A stretch of DNA of 64,000 nucleotides, taken from assembly GCA_028287465.1 (NCBI GenBank), contig JAQBPO010000003.1, positions 12,912-76,911 of the forward strand. The letters are read 5' to 3'. A program made the translations under genes and the position numbers. Below, one piece after another: positions 33,637 to 43,150 of this stretch. The notes beneath the pieces were generated by a model. The model ran no database searches. It worked only from the letters and a program-made list of their open reading frames with translations, and was not told the origin of the DNA. Source of the DNA: Fibrobacterota bacterium. Its GTDB lineage: Bacteria; Fibrobacterota; Fibrobacteria; UBA11236. Positions within the stretch are counted from its first letter, which is position 1. Each line of letters begins with the position of its first letter.

Positions 33637-36585
33637 TCAATTCTTTTTCATGAAATAAAGCGTCGGAGTCACCACGTAGGACTCGGTGATGTTGAGGGGC
33701 GAGGATCCGTTGTGCCCGCCAACGGCGTAGATGACGCTGTTGGCTATGGCGCAGGCCATGGAGAACCGGGCGGTCCCGAGGGACGTCTTCTTCTTCCAGG
33801 AATCCTTCAGGGGATCATATTCCTCCACCGTGGAGACCACGGATTCGCCTGCGTTCATCCCGCCGATCACGTAGACTTTCCCGTTGGCTGACGCCGCGCA
33901 AAGTCCCCGTTTGGGTTCCGAGAGGGCCTTTTTGGCCGACCAGGTATTGGTCACCGGATCATAGGCTTCATTGGTGTTCACATTGGAAACCGAATTGTAA
34001 CCGCCCATGGCGTATATCTTCCCGCCCGCTTCCGCGGCCGTGAAGGCCATGCGTGCCGTGGGCATGGGTGCCAGGGTCTTCCAGGTATTGGCGCCCGGAT
34101 CATATTCCTCATGGGTATTGAGCGACGATACGTTCTCCCCGCCGAACACGTGGATTTTCCCGTTGTAAACGGCTGCCGCGGCCGCGCCCCGCTTGGTCGG
34201 CATCGGGGCCAGGGTCTTCCAGGCGTTGGTGGCGGGATCATAGACCTCGTTGGTGCCCAGGTAACCTGAGCCGTTCATGCCGCCGATGGCATAGAGCTTC
34301 CCGTTGAACGACGTTACGGTCAGGTAATTGCGCGCCGTGGGCATAGGCGTTTTGTTGGTCCACAGGTTCGTCGCGGGGTTGAATTCCTGGTTGGTGTTCA
34401 AGGATGAGGGATCGGCGCCGCCAATCACGTAGACCTTGCCTCCCGACTCGCCGGCCGCGAGGTAGAACCTGGAGGAAAGCATGTTGGCCTGGCTTTCCCA
34501 GGGCGAATCCATGGAAAACTCCATGGAGGTTTTCGTGAATCCCGAAGGTGCGACCGTATTCTCGGAAAGGATGATTCCACCGGCGGGAAGGGATCCACTG
34601 CCCGAACCGCCGGCCCCTACGAGCGCCTGATAGTAGCTCTTGGCCTGGTCGGCCGAGGTCGCGCTCGCCGTTGCCGAAGCCTGGGCCGAGTTGGCCAGGG
34701 TGGAAATCTGGGCCACGCCCGATTGGACGATTTCGGACGCATGGACGGAACTGGCCGCGGCCGAAGTCGCCGAAGCAGCGGATGCCTGGGACGACGCCAG
34801 CGATGAAATCGCGGACGATGCGGAATTCGAAGCGGCCAGTTCCGACGCGGCCTGAGCGGCTTGCGCCGCGGTCGCCGAAGCGGCTGCGGAGACCGCTGAT
34901 TCCTGCGATGCCACCGCCGAAGTCTGGGACTGGATGGCCCAAGCCTTGGATGAATTCGCGCTTACGGCGGATGCGTCGGCGGAAACGGCGGCATCCTTTG
35001 CGGCCTGCGTCGCCTCCGTGGCGGCTTGAGTGGACTGGGTCGAGGTCGCGGTAGCCGTAGTCATGGTTTGCGAGGCCAGGGTGGCGGATGCGGCCGCGGA
35101 AGTCGCGGATTGGGTCGCCTGGCCCGCCGCACTGGTGGCCGTATTAGCCGCCGTCATGACCTGTCCCGCCGCAGCGGTAGCCGATGCTGCCGATTGGGAC
35201 GCCTGGGTCGCCGAACCCGAAGCGGCGGTCGCGGATCCGGCCGCAGCCGTGGCGGATTGGGACGCTTGCGTCGCTGAACCCGCAGCGGCGGTCGCGGATC
35301 CGGCGGCCTGGGTCGCGGAAACGGAAGATGCCGATGCGGAGCCGGAAGCCTCGGTCGCGGATTGGGACGCATCCGTGGCTGCGGTAGTGGCTACGGTTGC
35401 CGATTGGTCAGCCTTGGTGGCCGAGGCGGAAGCCGCGGTCGCCGATTGGTCGGCCTTGGTGGCCGAGGCGGAGGCGGCGGTAGCCGATTGGCCGGCCTGT
35501 GCCGCCGATCCGGCAGCCGCCGTCGCGGATTCGGCGGATTGAACGGCCGAAGCCGAAGAGGAGGTAGCGGATTGGGCCGCTTGCGAAGCCGAACCGGACG
35601 CCGCGGTCGCCGATTTCGAGGCATCCGAGGCGGCTGTGGTGGCAACGGTCGCTGATTGGGCGGCAAGGGTTGCGGAGCCCGATGCCGCGGTCGCCGATTG
35701 GGCGGCTTGCGTAGCCGACCCGGAAGAGGCCGTGGCTGATTGGCCGGCCAGGACCGCTGAACCCGAAGCCGAGGCGGCTGATTTGGAAGCGTCCGAAGAG
35801 GCCGCGGTGGCCGTCGTAGCGGATTGGGCGGACTGGGTAGCCGAGGCGGAAGCGGCTTTGGCGGAAAGGTCCGCATCGGCCGCGGTTTTGGAGGCGGCAT
35901 TCTTGGCCGCATCGGCCAAGGCGGCGGATTTGGCGGCGTCATCGGCGCTATGCCTGGCGTTGAGGGCCGCCTCAACGGCCAAATCCCCGGCGGCGATGGC
36001 CTTATCCACTTGTTCCTGGGTGGCGAAGGGATACAGGATCCGGATTACCGAACCCATGCCGCCTTCTTTCGACTCGAAACGGGCGCTCATTCCATTCTTG
36101 GAAACCAGGACCAGACCGTATAAGGGTCCCTTTTTAAGGATGGTCCCGAGATCGAGGCGTATTACCTTTCCCTCCTCGCCTTTACGGACCGCGATTTCGG
36201 CCAAGGGAGCCTGGGAGTTATAGGAAATGTCCGTCCAAAGGACATCATCCTCATTCTTAGCAAGCGCCTTGGTCAAGGCGAAAACCTGGAGCGTGCCAGG
36301 GTCTTTTATCTTGGTGGGAATGACGACCAGGGATGCGCTTGCGGAACCGGTCAGATCCAACCCATCGGTCTGGAAGGTCATCCAGCCCAGGACCTGGCCC
36401 TTTCCGGTCTTGTCGGCCGGGCTCACTTCCATGTCGAAGTTGTGGCCGCCACAGCCGTTTTTGTCCGCCTCTCCATCCATGCTGGAAAAGAGGTAGGTAT
36501 GGAGCTCCGAGGTGGACCCGCCGTAAATCCTTCCGGCCCCGAACATCAGAGCCGAAAAAACGAAAATGCCTTCCCACTTACGCAT
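33637..36585 (-). CDS. secreted multidomain protein: N-terminal lectin/DNRLRE-like domain (tentative), ~455-aa Ser/Ala/Thr heptad region, C-terminal Kelch beta-propeller
   Basis: ATG 36585 with RBS AGGGAAG and signal peptide MRKWEGIFVFSALMFGAGRIYG. About 60 consecutive S-A-T-x-A-x-x heptads. Six Kelch-like blades (GGK.Y..GG...S..N..E.YDP..N.W....PMPT.R). Confidence 0.8.
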   Translation of the reverse strand: MRKWEGIFVFSALMFGAGRIYGGSTSELHTYLFSSMDGEADKNGCGGHNFDMEVSPADKTGKGQVLGWMTFQTDGLDLTGSASASLVVIPTKIKDPGTLQVFALTKALAKNEDDVLWTDISYNSQAPLAEIAVRKGEEGKVIRLDLGTILKKGPLYGLVLVSKNGMSARFESKEGGMGSVIRILYPFATQEQVDKAIAAGDLAVEAALNARHSADDAAKSAALADAAKNAASKTAADADLSAKAASASATQSAQSATTATAASSDASKSAASASGSAVLAGQSATASSGSATQAAQSATAASGSATLAAQSATVATTAASDASKSATAASGSASQAAQSATSSSASAVQSAESATAAAGSAAQAGQSATAASASATKADQSATAASASATKADQSATVATTAATDASQSATEASGSASASSVSATQAAGSATAAAGSATQASQSATAAAGSATAASGSATQASQSAASATAAAGQVMTAANTATSAAGQATQSATSAAASATLASQTMTTATATSTQSTQAATEATQAAKDAAVSADASAVSANSSKAWAIQSQTSAVASQESAVSAAASATAAQAAQAASELAASNSASSAISSLASSQASAASATSAAASSVHASEIVQSGVAQISTLANSAQASATASATSADQAKSYYQALVGAGGSGSGSLPAGGIILSENTVAPSGFTKTSMEFSMDSPWESQANMLSSRFYLAAGESGGKVYVIGGADPSSLNTNQEFNPATNLWTNKTPMPTARNYLTVTSFNGKLYAIGGMNGSGYLGTNEVYDPATNAWKTLAPMPTKRGAAAAAVYNGKIHVFGGENVSSLNTHEEYDPGANTWKTLAPMPTARMAFTAAEAGGKIYAMGGYNSVSNVNTNEAYDPVTNTWSAKKALSEPKRGLCAASANGKVYVIGGMNAGESVVSTVEEYDPLKDSWKKKTSLGTARFSMACAIANSVIYAVGGHNGSSPLNITESYVVTPTLYFMKKN
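34620..36005 (-). repeat. in-frame 21-nt (heptad) periodic repeat region inside the Kelch-protein gene
   Basis: The translation reads SATQAAQ/SATAASG/SATLAAQ/../SATKADQ/SATAASA/.. almost without a break. All six frames carry long spurious ORFs here because of the periodic GC-rich DNA. Confidence 0.85.
35399..35482 (-). repeat. near-perfect 42-bp tandem duplication within the heptad region
   Basis: 35399-35440 and 35441-35482 (gccgattggtc[a/g]gccttggtggccgaggcgga[a/g]gc[c/g]gcggt[c/a]) differ at only 4 positions (35410, 35431, 35434, 35440). They encode the duplicated ATAASASATKADQS. Confidence 0.85.
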
Positions 36586-36898
36586 GTTGCGTACTTCCCT
36601 TCCGGACTTTTGCGAATGAGTCGGCAACCTTGCCGCGAATCCCGGCCCTTCCCGGATTGTTCCGGAAAGGGAATCAGTTCAGTGATAACCCACTCTCATT
36701 TTCCGGGGTGGCTGAAGGTAAATGTCCATCCTGATTCCCGATTTTCGTCCCGGATTTTGGTGGACATGGGTAAGACCTCAAGGGCCGGGCGCATCCAGAA
36801 ACCAAAGACTTCATAATCCGCCGAACAATTCCCAACCGCCGCGAGCGGGTAGGCGCCGCCATCATTCTATTTTTACCCCAGCGAGCCGAAGGAAAGCC

Positions 36899-37333
36899 AT
36901 GCCCATACCCGATGCATCCAAGACCCTGATCCTATATGACGGGGTTTGCGGTCTGTGCAACCGCATGATTCGGTTCATCATTCTCAACGATAAGGCGGAA
37001 ACCTTCCAATTCGCCTCCTTGCAAAGCGGATTGGGCGCCGAGGTACTGTCGCGGTACGGCCGCGATCCGGCCGACGTGGACACGATTTGCGTGGCCCCGG
37101 GATTCCCGGAACGGGCCGGAGAACTCTTGATCCGATCCCGCGGAGCCCTATACATCGGCAAGCGTCTGCGGGCGCCATGGAGCCTTGTGGCGCGCCTCCT
37201 GGATTCGCTTCCCGATTCCCTACTCGACCTCGGCTATCGGATCATCGCCGCCAACCGATACCGCCTTTTCGGGAAAATGGACGCCTGCCCCATCCCCTCC
37301 CCGTCGATCAGGAAACGGTTTCTGGATATCTGA
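36899..37333 (+). CDS. thiol-disulfide oxidoreductase DCC family (DUF393)
   Basis: LILYDGVCGLCNRMIRF.. carries the DCC motif. 144 aa from ATG 36899. Confidence 0.85.
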   Translation: MPIPDASKTLILYDGVCGLCNRMIRFIILNDKAETFQFASLQSGLGAEVLSRYGRDPADVDTICVAPGFPERAGELLIRSRGALYIGKRLRAPWSLVARLLDSLPDSLLDLGYRIIAANRYRLFGKMDACPIPSPSIRKRFLDI

Positions 37334-37389
37334 TCCTCCGGGTCCGGAGGCCTATCGGAAACGGCGAGGGTAACTACCTTTCCCGTATC

Positions 37390-38055
37390 ATGCTCGACCC
37401 GAAAACCTTCCTGTTCCTTTCCCGGCTGAAAAAGAACAATACCCGCGAATGGTTCCAGGCCCATAAGGCGGAATACCTAGAGGCCAAGGAGGGCTTCGAG
37501 TCCCTATTGGCCGAGTTGATAACGCGCATCGGCGCCTTCGACCCGGCCGTCAAGGGCCTCGACCCGCGAAAATGCGCGTTCCGGATCAACCGGGACACGC
37601 GCTTCTCGAAGGACAAGTCCCCTTACAAGACGAACCTGGGCGCGCATATCGGGGCGGCGGAAAAGAAATTCCAGGAACGGGCCGGATATTACCTGCACGT
37701 GGAGCCCGGAAATTGCTTTTTGGGAGGCGGCGCCTACATGCCTTCTTCCGCTTGGCTGAAAGCCATCCGCAATGGCATCGCCGAAGACGGGACATTCTTC
37801 CGGCGCCTGATCACGGCGCCGGCCTTCAAGAAGCAATTCGGGGCCATGGAGGGCGAGACGCTGAAAACCTCTCCCCAGGGATTCCCCCCGGATCACCCCC
37901 ACATCGATCTGCTGCGGCATAAAAGCTTCCTCGCCATGCGCAAGTTCAAGGATGCCGAGATACAGGCCCCGGATTTCGCCAAGCAGGCCGCCCTCGCATT
38001 CAAGGCCCTGCTTCCTTTCGAGCGCTTCCTGAACGATGTCCTGGAGGACATGTAG
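37390..38055 (+). CDS. DUF2461 (TIGR02453) family protein
   Basis: FLFLSRLKKNNTREWFQAHKAEY..FRINRDTRFSKDKSPYKT..YYLHVEPG..FLGGG.Y is the family pattern. 221 aa. Confidence 0.85.
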   Translation: MLDPKTFLFLSRLKKNNTREWFQAHKAEYLEAKEGFESLLAELITRIGAFDPAVKGLDPRKCAFRINRDTRFSKDKSPYKTNLGAHIGAAEKKFQERAGYYLHVEPGNCFLGGGAYMPSSAWLKAIRNGIAEDGTFFRRLITAPAFKKQFGAMEGETLKTSPQGFPPDHPHIDLLRHKSFLAMRKFKDAEIQAPDFAKQAALAFKALLPFERFLNDVLEDM

Positions 38056-38231
38056 GCCCCTTTTCCACCCCTTTGTTCCGGGTCCGGAGGAAATCGCCCC
38101 GGCACGGTCCGTTTCAATCCGATTCCCCTCCCCCCGGAAGCGCCGCCCCGTCGAAAAAATGATAAATTTATGCCCCGCGCCCCGAACCGGCGCGACGCCC
38201 GGTGCGGGCGTGGAAAAGGGCTAGGACGAGC

Positions 38232-40130
38232 ATGCGCAAATGGCGGATTGAGGATTCCCGGGAACTGTACAACACCGCCGGCTGGGGCGCGGGCTATTTC
38301 GGCATCAACGAAAAGGGCCACTCCACCGTCAGTCCGCAACGCGAGGACGGCGCGGAAATCGACCTCAAGGAACTGGTGGACGAAATCAGGTTCCGCGACG
38401 TGGGCCTGCCCGTGCTCCTGCGGTTCCCGGACATCCTCGACGATCGCATCGAGCAGATTTCCCATTGCTTCGAGGCCGCCTCCAAGGAATACGGCTATAA
38501 GGGCCAGTACTTCAACGTCTACCCCATCAAGGTGAACCAGCAGCGCCCGGTACTCGAAGAGATCGTCCGCCACGGAAAGAAGTTCAATATCGGCCTGGAA
38601 GCGGGATCCAAGCCCGAACTGCACGCCGTGCTCGCCATCATGGACAATCCCGAATCCCTCATCATCTGCAACGGGTACAAGGATGAGGAGTTCATCGAAT
38701 TGGCGCTCCTGGCGCAGAAGATGGGCAAGAAGATCTTCGTGGTCGTGGAAAAGGTCAATGAGTTGAAGCTCATCAAGACCATGGCCCAGCGCCTGAACGT
38801 GACCCCGAACGTGGGCATCCGCATCAAGCTCTCCAGCTCCGGGAGCGGCAAGTGGGAGGATTCGGGCGGCGATCAGAGCAAGTTCGGCCTGAATTCCTCC
38901 GAACTCCTGGAAGCGCTGGACTATGCCCGCGAAGAAGGCATCCTCCATTACATCCGCCTCATCCACTTCCATCTGGGCAGCCAGATCACCAACATCCGCA
39001 AGATCAAGGCGGGGTTGAAGGAAATCGCGCAGTTCTTCATCCAGATCCAGGCCATGGGCTGTAAGATCGACTTCGTGGACGTGGGCGGCGGCCTGGGCGT
39101 GGACTATGACGGGACGCGCTCCACGGGCAACAGCAGCGTGAATTATTCCATCCAGGAATACGCCAACGACGTCATCTACACCATCTGCCAGGTATCCGAC
39201 AAGCACAATCTCCCCCACCCCAATGTCATCGCCGAATCGGGACGCGCCCTCACCGCGCACCATTCCGTGCTCGTATTCAACGTGCTGGAAGTGGCCCGGC
39301 CTCCCTTCTGGGACGAGCAGATCCATACCATCAGCGACCAGGATCACGAGACCCTGCGCGAAATGCACAACATCTACAAGAATTACGGCTCCAACAACAT
39401 GCTGGAAGCCTGGCATGACGCCCTGCAGACGCGCGAGGACGTCCTTGACCGGTTCAACCTGGGGCTGGTCGATCTCAAGACGCGCGCCATGGCCGAACGC
39501 CTGTTCTGGTCCATCGCCCAGAAGGCCGATCGCCTGGCCAAGCAGATGAAGCACCCTCCCGTAGAGCTGCAGTCCATTCCAATGCTGTTGGCGGAAAAGT
39601 ATTTCTGCAATTTCTCCCTGTTCCAGTCCCTGCCGGATTCCTGGGCCTTCGACCAGATCTTCCCCATCATGCCCATCCAGCGCCTGGACGAAGAGCCGAG
39701 CCAATCCGTTACGCTCCAGGACATCACTTGCGATTCGGACGGCAAGATCGACCATTTCATCGGGACGGGGGACTATTCCCGCAGCGTACCCTTACACCAA
39801 TTGAAGCCCGAGGAAAGCTATTACGTGGCGGTATACCTCGTCGGCGCCTATCAGGAAATCCTCGGCGATCTGCACAACCTGTTCGGGGACACCAATGCCG
39901 TGCATATCGTCTGCAAGGGCAAGGACGGCTACGAGATCGAACAGGTGATCGACGGGGAATCGGTCGCGGACGTGCTGGATTACGTCCAGTTCAGCGACAA
40001 GAACCTGGTGCGCACCATGGAGTCGTGGGTTTCCGCCTCGGTCAAGGAAGGGAAAATCACCTTGCTGGAAGGCCGGGAGTTCCTCGCCATCTACCGCTCC
40101 GGATTGTACGGATATACCTACCTGGAATGA
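38232..40130 (+). CDS. speA: biosynthetic arginine decarboxylase
   Basis: W.IEDSRELYNT.GWG.GYF.IN..G...V...DL.ELV....DVGLPVLLRFPDIL..RI..YPIKVNQQ is typical SpeA. 632 aa from ATG 38232. Confidence 0.9.
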   Translation: MRKWRIEDSRELYNTAGWGAGYFGINEKGHSTVSPQREDGAEIDLKELVDEIRFRDVGLPVLLRFPDILDDRIEQISHCFEAASKEYGYKGQYFNVYPIKVNQQRPVLEEIVRHGKKFNIGLEAGSKPELHAVLAIMDNPESLIICNGYKDEEFIELALLAQKMGKKIFVVVEKVNELKLIKTMAQRLNVTPNVGIRIKLSSSGSGKWEDSGGDQSKFGLNSSELLEALDYAREEGILHYIRLIHFHLGSQITNIRKIKAGLKEIAQFFIQIQAMGCKIDFVDVGGGLGVDYDGTRSTGNSSVNYSIQEYANDVIYTICQVSDKHNLPHPNVIAESGRALTAHHSVLVFNVLEVARPPFWDEQIHTISDQDHETLREMHNIYKNYGSNNMLEAWHDALQTREDVLDRFNLGLVDLKTRAMAERLFWSIAQKADRLAKQMKHPPVELQSIPMLLAEKYFCNFSLFQSLPDSWAFDQIFPIMPIQRLDEEPSQSVTLQDITCDSDGKIDHFIGTGDYSRSVPLHQLKPEESYYVAVYLVGAYQEILGDLHNLFGDTNAVHIVCKGKDGYEIEQVIDGESVADVLDYVQFSDKNLVRTMESWVSASVKEGKITLLEGREFLAIYRSGLYGYTYLE

Positions 40131-42829
40131 GCGGGCCTTCCCGGATCCTTTTTCCCGTTCTCCTTTGGCTCGCATTCGCGGGCCTTTTTTCAGCCTGCGG
40201 AAAAAAGGCCCGCACGCTCGAAGCGGGCTTCGCTCCGGCCGAGGGGATCCATCCCTTGCGTTTGGATGCGAATGCCAGACCCGTCTCCCAGGAGCTGGAT
40301 TTGGAAATCGATCCGGATTCCGCCGGATATGCGGGCGGAACCTCCATCTCCCTGGAAATCCTGGAGCCATCGGATTCCCTGCGCCTGCACGCCGAAGACA
40401 TGGAGATCAAGGCCGCCTTCCTGGTCCAGGACGGAAAGGTCACGGGCCTCGAGCCTTCCTTCCGGACCGCTGGATTGCTCACCCTCCGCGCGAAGGAACC
40501 GTTCCACGAGGGCAAGGCGGTACTGAAACTCGCCTTCGCCAAGCCTTTCAATACCCATAGTACCAGCCTCTACAAGGTGGTCTCCGGAGGACGAGGGTAC
40601 GTGTTTTCCCAATTCGAAGCCTGGGACGCGCGCAAGGCGTTCCCTTGTTTCGACGAACCCGCGTTCAAGATTCCCTGGACCATCACGGTGCGCACGCCGA
40701 TCCGGAATACCGTGATCGGGAATTATCCCATCGGCTCGGAAAGGCCGGACGGCGCCCGGAAGACGGTAACATTCGCCAAATCGGATCCGATGCCTTCCTA
40801 CCTGGTGGCCTTGGCCGTCGGGGAGTTCGATACCGTCCCCATCCCGGGCCTGACGGTTCCCGGCAGGGTGGTTACGGTGAAAGGACAAGGGCGTCTGGCC
40901 GGGTTCGCCGCCGCCATGGCCCCCCCGATTCTCAAGGCCCTGGAAGGGTACTTCTCGGCAGCCTGCCCCTACCCCAAGCTCGATCTCATTTCCGTGCCCG
41001 AATTCATGGCCGGGGCCATGGAGAATCCCGGCGCCATCACCTTCCGCGAAGGGCTCATTCTCTTCGACTCGAGCGAGGCTTCCACGGCCCGGAAGCGGAA
41101 CTTGGCCTCGGTGATGGCCCATGAGATGTCCCATCTCTGGTTCGGCGACCTGGTCACCATGGCCTGGTGGAACGACCTCTGGCTGAACGAATCCTTCGCT
41201 TCCTGGATGGCGGATAAGGCCGTGGATCGGGTCTATCCCGGTTTCAAGTCATCGGTGTCGTCGGTCGGCGGACGGCAATGGGCCATGGAAATCGACGCGA
41301 TGGAATCGTCCCGGGCCATCCGCACGGAAGTCCTGCCTACGGACAATCCATCCCAATCCTTCGATGGCTTGGCCTATGAGAAGGGCCAGGAGGTGATCGG
41401 CATGCTGGAATCCTGGATGGGAGCGGACCGGTTCCAGCGGGGCGTACAGGAGTACCTTAAGAACTGGTCCTGGAGGAATGCCCATGCCGCGGACCTTTGG
41501 GCGAGCCTTTCCCGCGCCTCCGATTTGCCCGTGGACTCCATCGCCTCCGCGTTCCTGGACCGGCCCGGCGTTCCCCTGGTGGAAATGGAAGTCCATGGCA
41601 AGATCCTGCGGTTGAAGCAGAAACGTTTCCTCACCTCGTCGCGGAAGCAACGGGACGGATCGGAAACCGGGCCCTGGAAAATCCCCATGGTCATCCGGTG
41701 CGGGGCCGCGGTCCCTGGGTATCAAGCGCGTTACCTGCTGGAAACGTCCGGGGCGGAATTCGCCCCCGGGACGCCCGATCTCTCCTTGTGCCACCCGAAC
41801 CAGGAAGAACGCGGTTATTACCGATGGAGCATGCCTCCCGCCGCGATGGACAGCCTGGCGGCCCACGCCCGGGATTTCCTGTCGGAACGGGAGCGGGTCG
41901 CCCTGGTCGGCGACCAGGACGCTCTGGCCAAGGCCGGGATCATCGGCACCGATGCGATGCTGGAACGTTTGCGCCCGATGGCGAAGGACACCAGCCCGCA
42001 GGTTATCCAGTCCCTGGTCGAAATCCTGGAAAGCGTGGACGAAGACCTGATCGACTCCGCTTCCGCACCTGATTTCGCCGCCTACGTAAGCTCCCTCCTA
42101 AAGCCGGTTGCCGTCCGGATCGGATGGAGCGCACGACCCGGTGAAGATGAATTGGTCCCGGACCTCAGGGCCGCCCTCGTCCGCATTCTCGCCAGGCAAG
42201 GCCGGGATGAAAAGGCGGGCAAGGTCGGCGAAGCGGTGGCCGCAACCTATCTGAAGGATCCCCGGCGCGCGGACCCGTCCCTCGTGCGCGTGGGCCTCAA
42301 CATCGCCGCAGGGCGCGGGGGTCTCGCCGGGCGAGGGAGCCTCGCCTTGTTCCGCACCTATCGAACGGCTTTCGAAAAGGCGGCAACGCCGGTCGCCCGG
42401 ACCCAATTCCTTTCCGCCCTCGGGGGTTTCCAGGATCCGGAAACGGTGGACTCCGCCCTGGCCTATTGCCTGCAGGGCCCTATCCGGGCCCATGAGTTGA
42501 CCTCCATCCCGCGCGGCATCTCCGGCAGGCGCGAGTTCAGGGCCAGAACCCTCGCCTGGGTCATCGCCCATTGCGATACCTTGATCCAGAGACGATCCGT
42601 GGAGGACGCCGCCTACCTTCCCTGGTTCGGAGGCCACGGAACGCCGGAGGAATGGGCCCTGACCAAGGCATGGTTCCTGAAGCTGGACGGCCGGGTTCCC
42701 GGCATCGCCAAGGAAATGGAAAAGGTGGAAGCGGAAGTGGAGCGCTTGGCGGAAATCCGGGCGCGGGATGGGGAAAGGGTGCGGGCCTACCTGGCCGGAC
42801 GGAGAAGGGGCTTTGCCGTCATTCGGTAA
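40127..42829 (+). CDS. M1-family zinc aminopeptidase (aminopeptidase N-like), lipoprotein
   Basis: ATGA overlap with the speA stop. Signal/lipobox ..LWLAFAGLFSA/C, plus GAMENPG and HEMSHLWFGD..WLNESFA motifs. 900 aa. The track ORF from 39728 is an over-extension inside speA. Confidence 0.88.
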   Translation: MSGPSRILFPVLLWLAFAGLFSACGKKARTLEAGFAPAEGIHPLRLDANARPVSQELDLEIDPDSAGYAGGTSISLEILEPSDSLRLHAEDMEIKAAFLVQDGKVTGLEPSFRTAGLLTLRAKEPFHEGKAVLKLAFAKPFNTHSTSLYKVVSGGRGYVFSQFEAWDARKAFPCFDEPAFKIPWTITVRTPIRNTVIGNYPIGSERPDGARKTVTFAKSDPMPSYLVALAVGEFDTVPIPGLTVPGRVVTVKGQGRLAGFAAAMAPPILKALEGYFSAACPYPKLDLISVPEFMAGAMENPGAITFREGLILFDSSEASTARKRNLASVMAHEMSHLWFGDLVTMAWWNDLWLNESFASWMADKAVDRVYPGFKSSVSSVGGRQWAMEIDAMESSRAIRTEVLPTDNPSQSFDGLAYEKGQEVIGMLESWMGADRFQRGVQEYLKNWSWRNAHAADLWASLSRASDLPVDSIASAFLDRPGVPLVEMEVHGKILRLKQKRFLTSSRKQRDGSETGPWKIPMVIRCGAAVPGYQARYLLETSGAEFAPGTPDLSLCHPNQEERGYYRWSMPPAAMDSLAAHARDFLSERERVALVGDQDALAKAGIIGTDAMLERLRPMAKDTSPQVIQSLVEILESVDEDLIDSASAPDFAAYVSSLLKPVAVRIGWSARPGEDELVPDLRAALVRILARQGRDEKAGKVGEAVAATYLKDPRRADPSLVRVGLNIAAGRGGLAGRGSLALFRTYRTAFEKAATPVARTQFLSALGGFQDPETVDSALAYCLQGPIRAHELTSIPRGISGRREFRARTLAWVIAHCDTLIQRRSVEDAAYLPWFGGHGTPEEWALTKAWFLKLDGRVPGIAKEMEKVEAEVERLAEIRARDGERVRAYLAGRRRGFAVIR
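40178..40213 (+). other. perfect 13-bp inverted repeat (10-nt loop) inside the signal-peptide coding region of the aminopeptidase
   Basis: GCGGGCCTTTTTT (40178-40190) / AAAAAAGGCCCGC (40201-40213) read directly; 48 nt after the speA stop. Confidence 0.85.
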
Positions 42830-43127
42830 CGCCGCCGCCTTTCTGGTTATTGACGCGATCGGGATCCTGCCGTTGCCGGGATTTCCAGTCGCGCTTATCC
42901 AGCTCGTGATCCCAGTCCGCCATTTTCTCGGCGGTCAGGGTCCAACGCAGGGATTGCAGTTCGCGCTCCTGGCTCTCAAGCCGGAACTCCAGGGCTTCAA
43001 GGTAACGGAAAAGATCCGGTCCCGCTTTCCGGGCCTTCGTCAGCAATATGGCGAAATGGTGCATCCTGCGGCGCAGCCGGTAGAACCTCCAACTTGCCAC
43101 CGCCCATCCCAGCATTCTCGTGACCAT
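42819..43127 (-). CDS. small basic/coiled-coil protein of unknown function, last gene of the TIGR02147 operon
   Basis: ATG 43127 with RBS GGAAGGGGAG, 23 nt after the receiver gene. 102 aa with a heptad-like LEALEFRLESQERELQSLRW. Its 3' end overlaps the convergent aminopeptidase gene by 11 nt. Confidence 0.55.
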   Translation of the reverse strand: MVTRMLGWAVASWRFYRLRRRMHHFAILLTKARKAGPDLFRYLEALEFRLESQERELQSLRWTLTAEKMADWDHELDKRDWKSRQRQDPDRVNNQKGGGVTE

Positions 43128-43150
43128 GATGATCTCCCCTTCCTTGGGAT

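Noticed and set aside
34238-36223. Many overlapping ORFs in all frames (for example 35030..35542, 35391..35975, 35636..36223) and apparent tandem DNA repeats that could be mistaken for a CRISPR-like or non-coding repeat array
   Set aside because: The periodicity is 21 nt and in frame with one long minus-strand gene that has a signal peptide upstream and Kelch repeats downstream. There are no unique spacers. The other frames give Arg/Pro/Gly or Ala/Asp/Trp junk.
37893-39755. 620-aa minus-strand ORF antisense to speA. Similar antisense ORFs lie opposite other genes: 7775..9127, 12503..13441, 46127..46999, 59850..60728, 60800..62149 and 62494..63384
   Set aside because: Same reasoning: the opposite strand carries a clearly recognisable gene in each case, and the antisense translations lack any domain-like pattern.
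39728-40126. 133-aa N-terminal extension of the aminopeptidase ORF (track 39728..42829), and likewise the spoVR ORF extended to 23222
   Set aside because: Both extensions lie inside the preceding, well-supported genes (speA, yeaH) in another frame. Internal ATGs that overlap the upstream stop (ATGA) give proper N-termini: a lipoprotein signal peptide in one case and the SpoVR N-terminus in the other.
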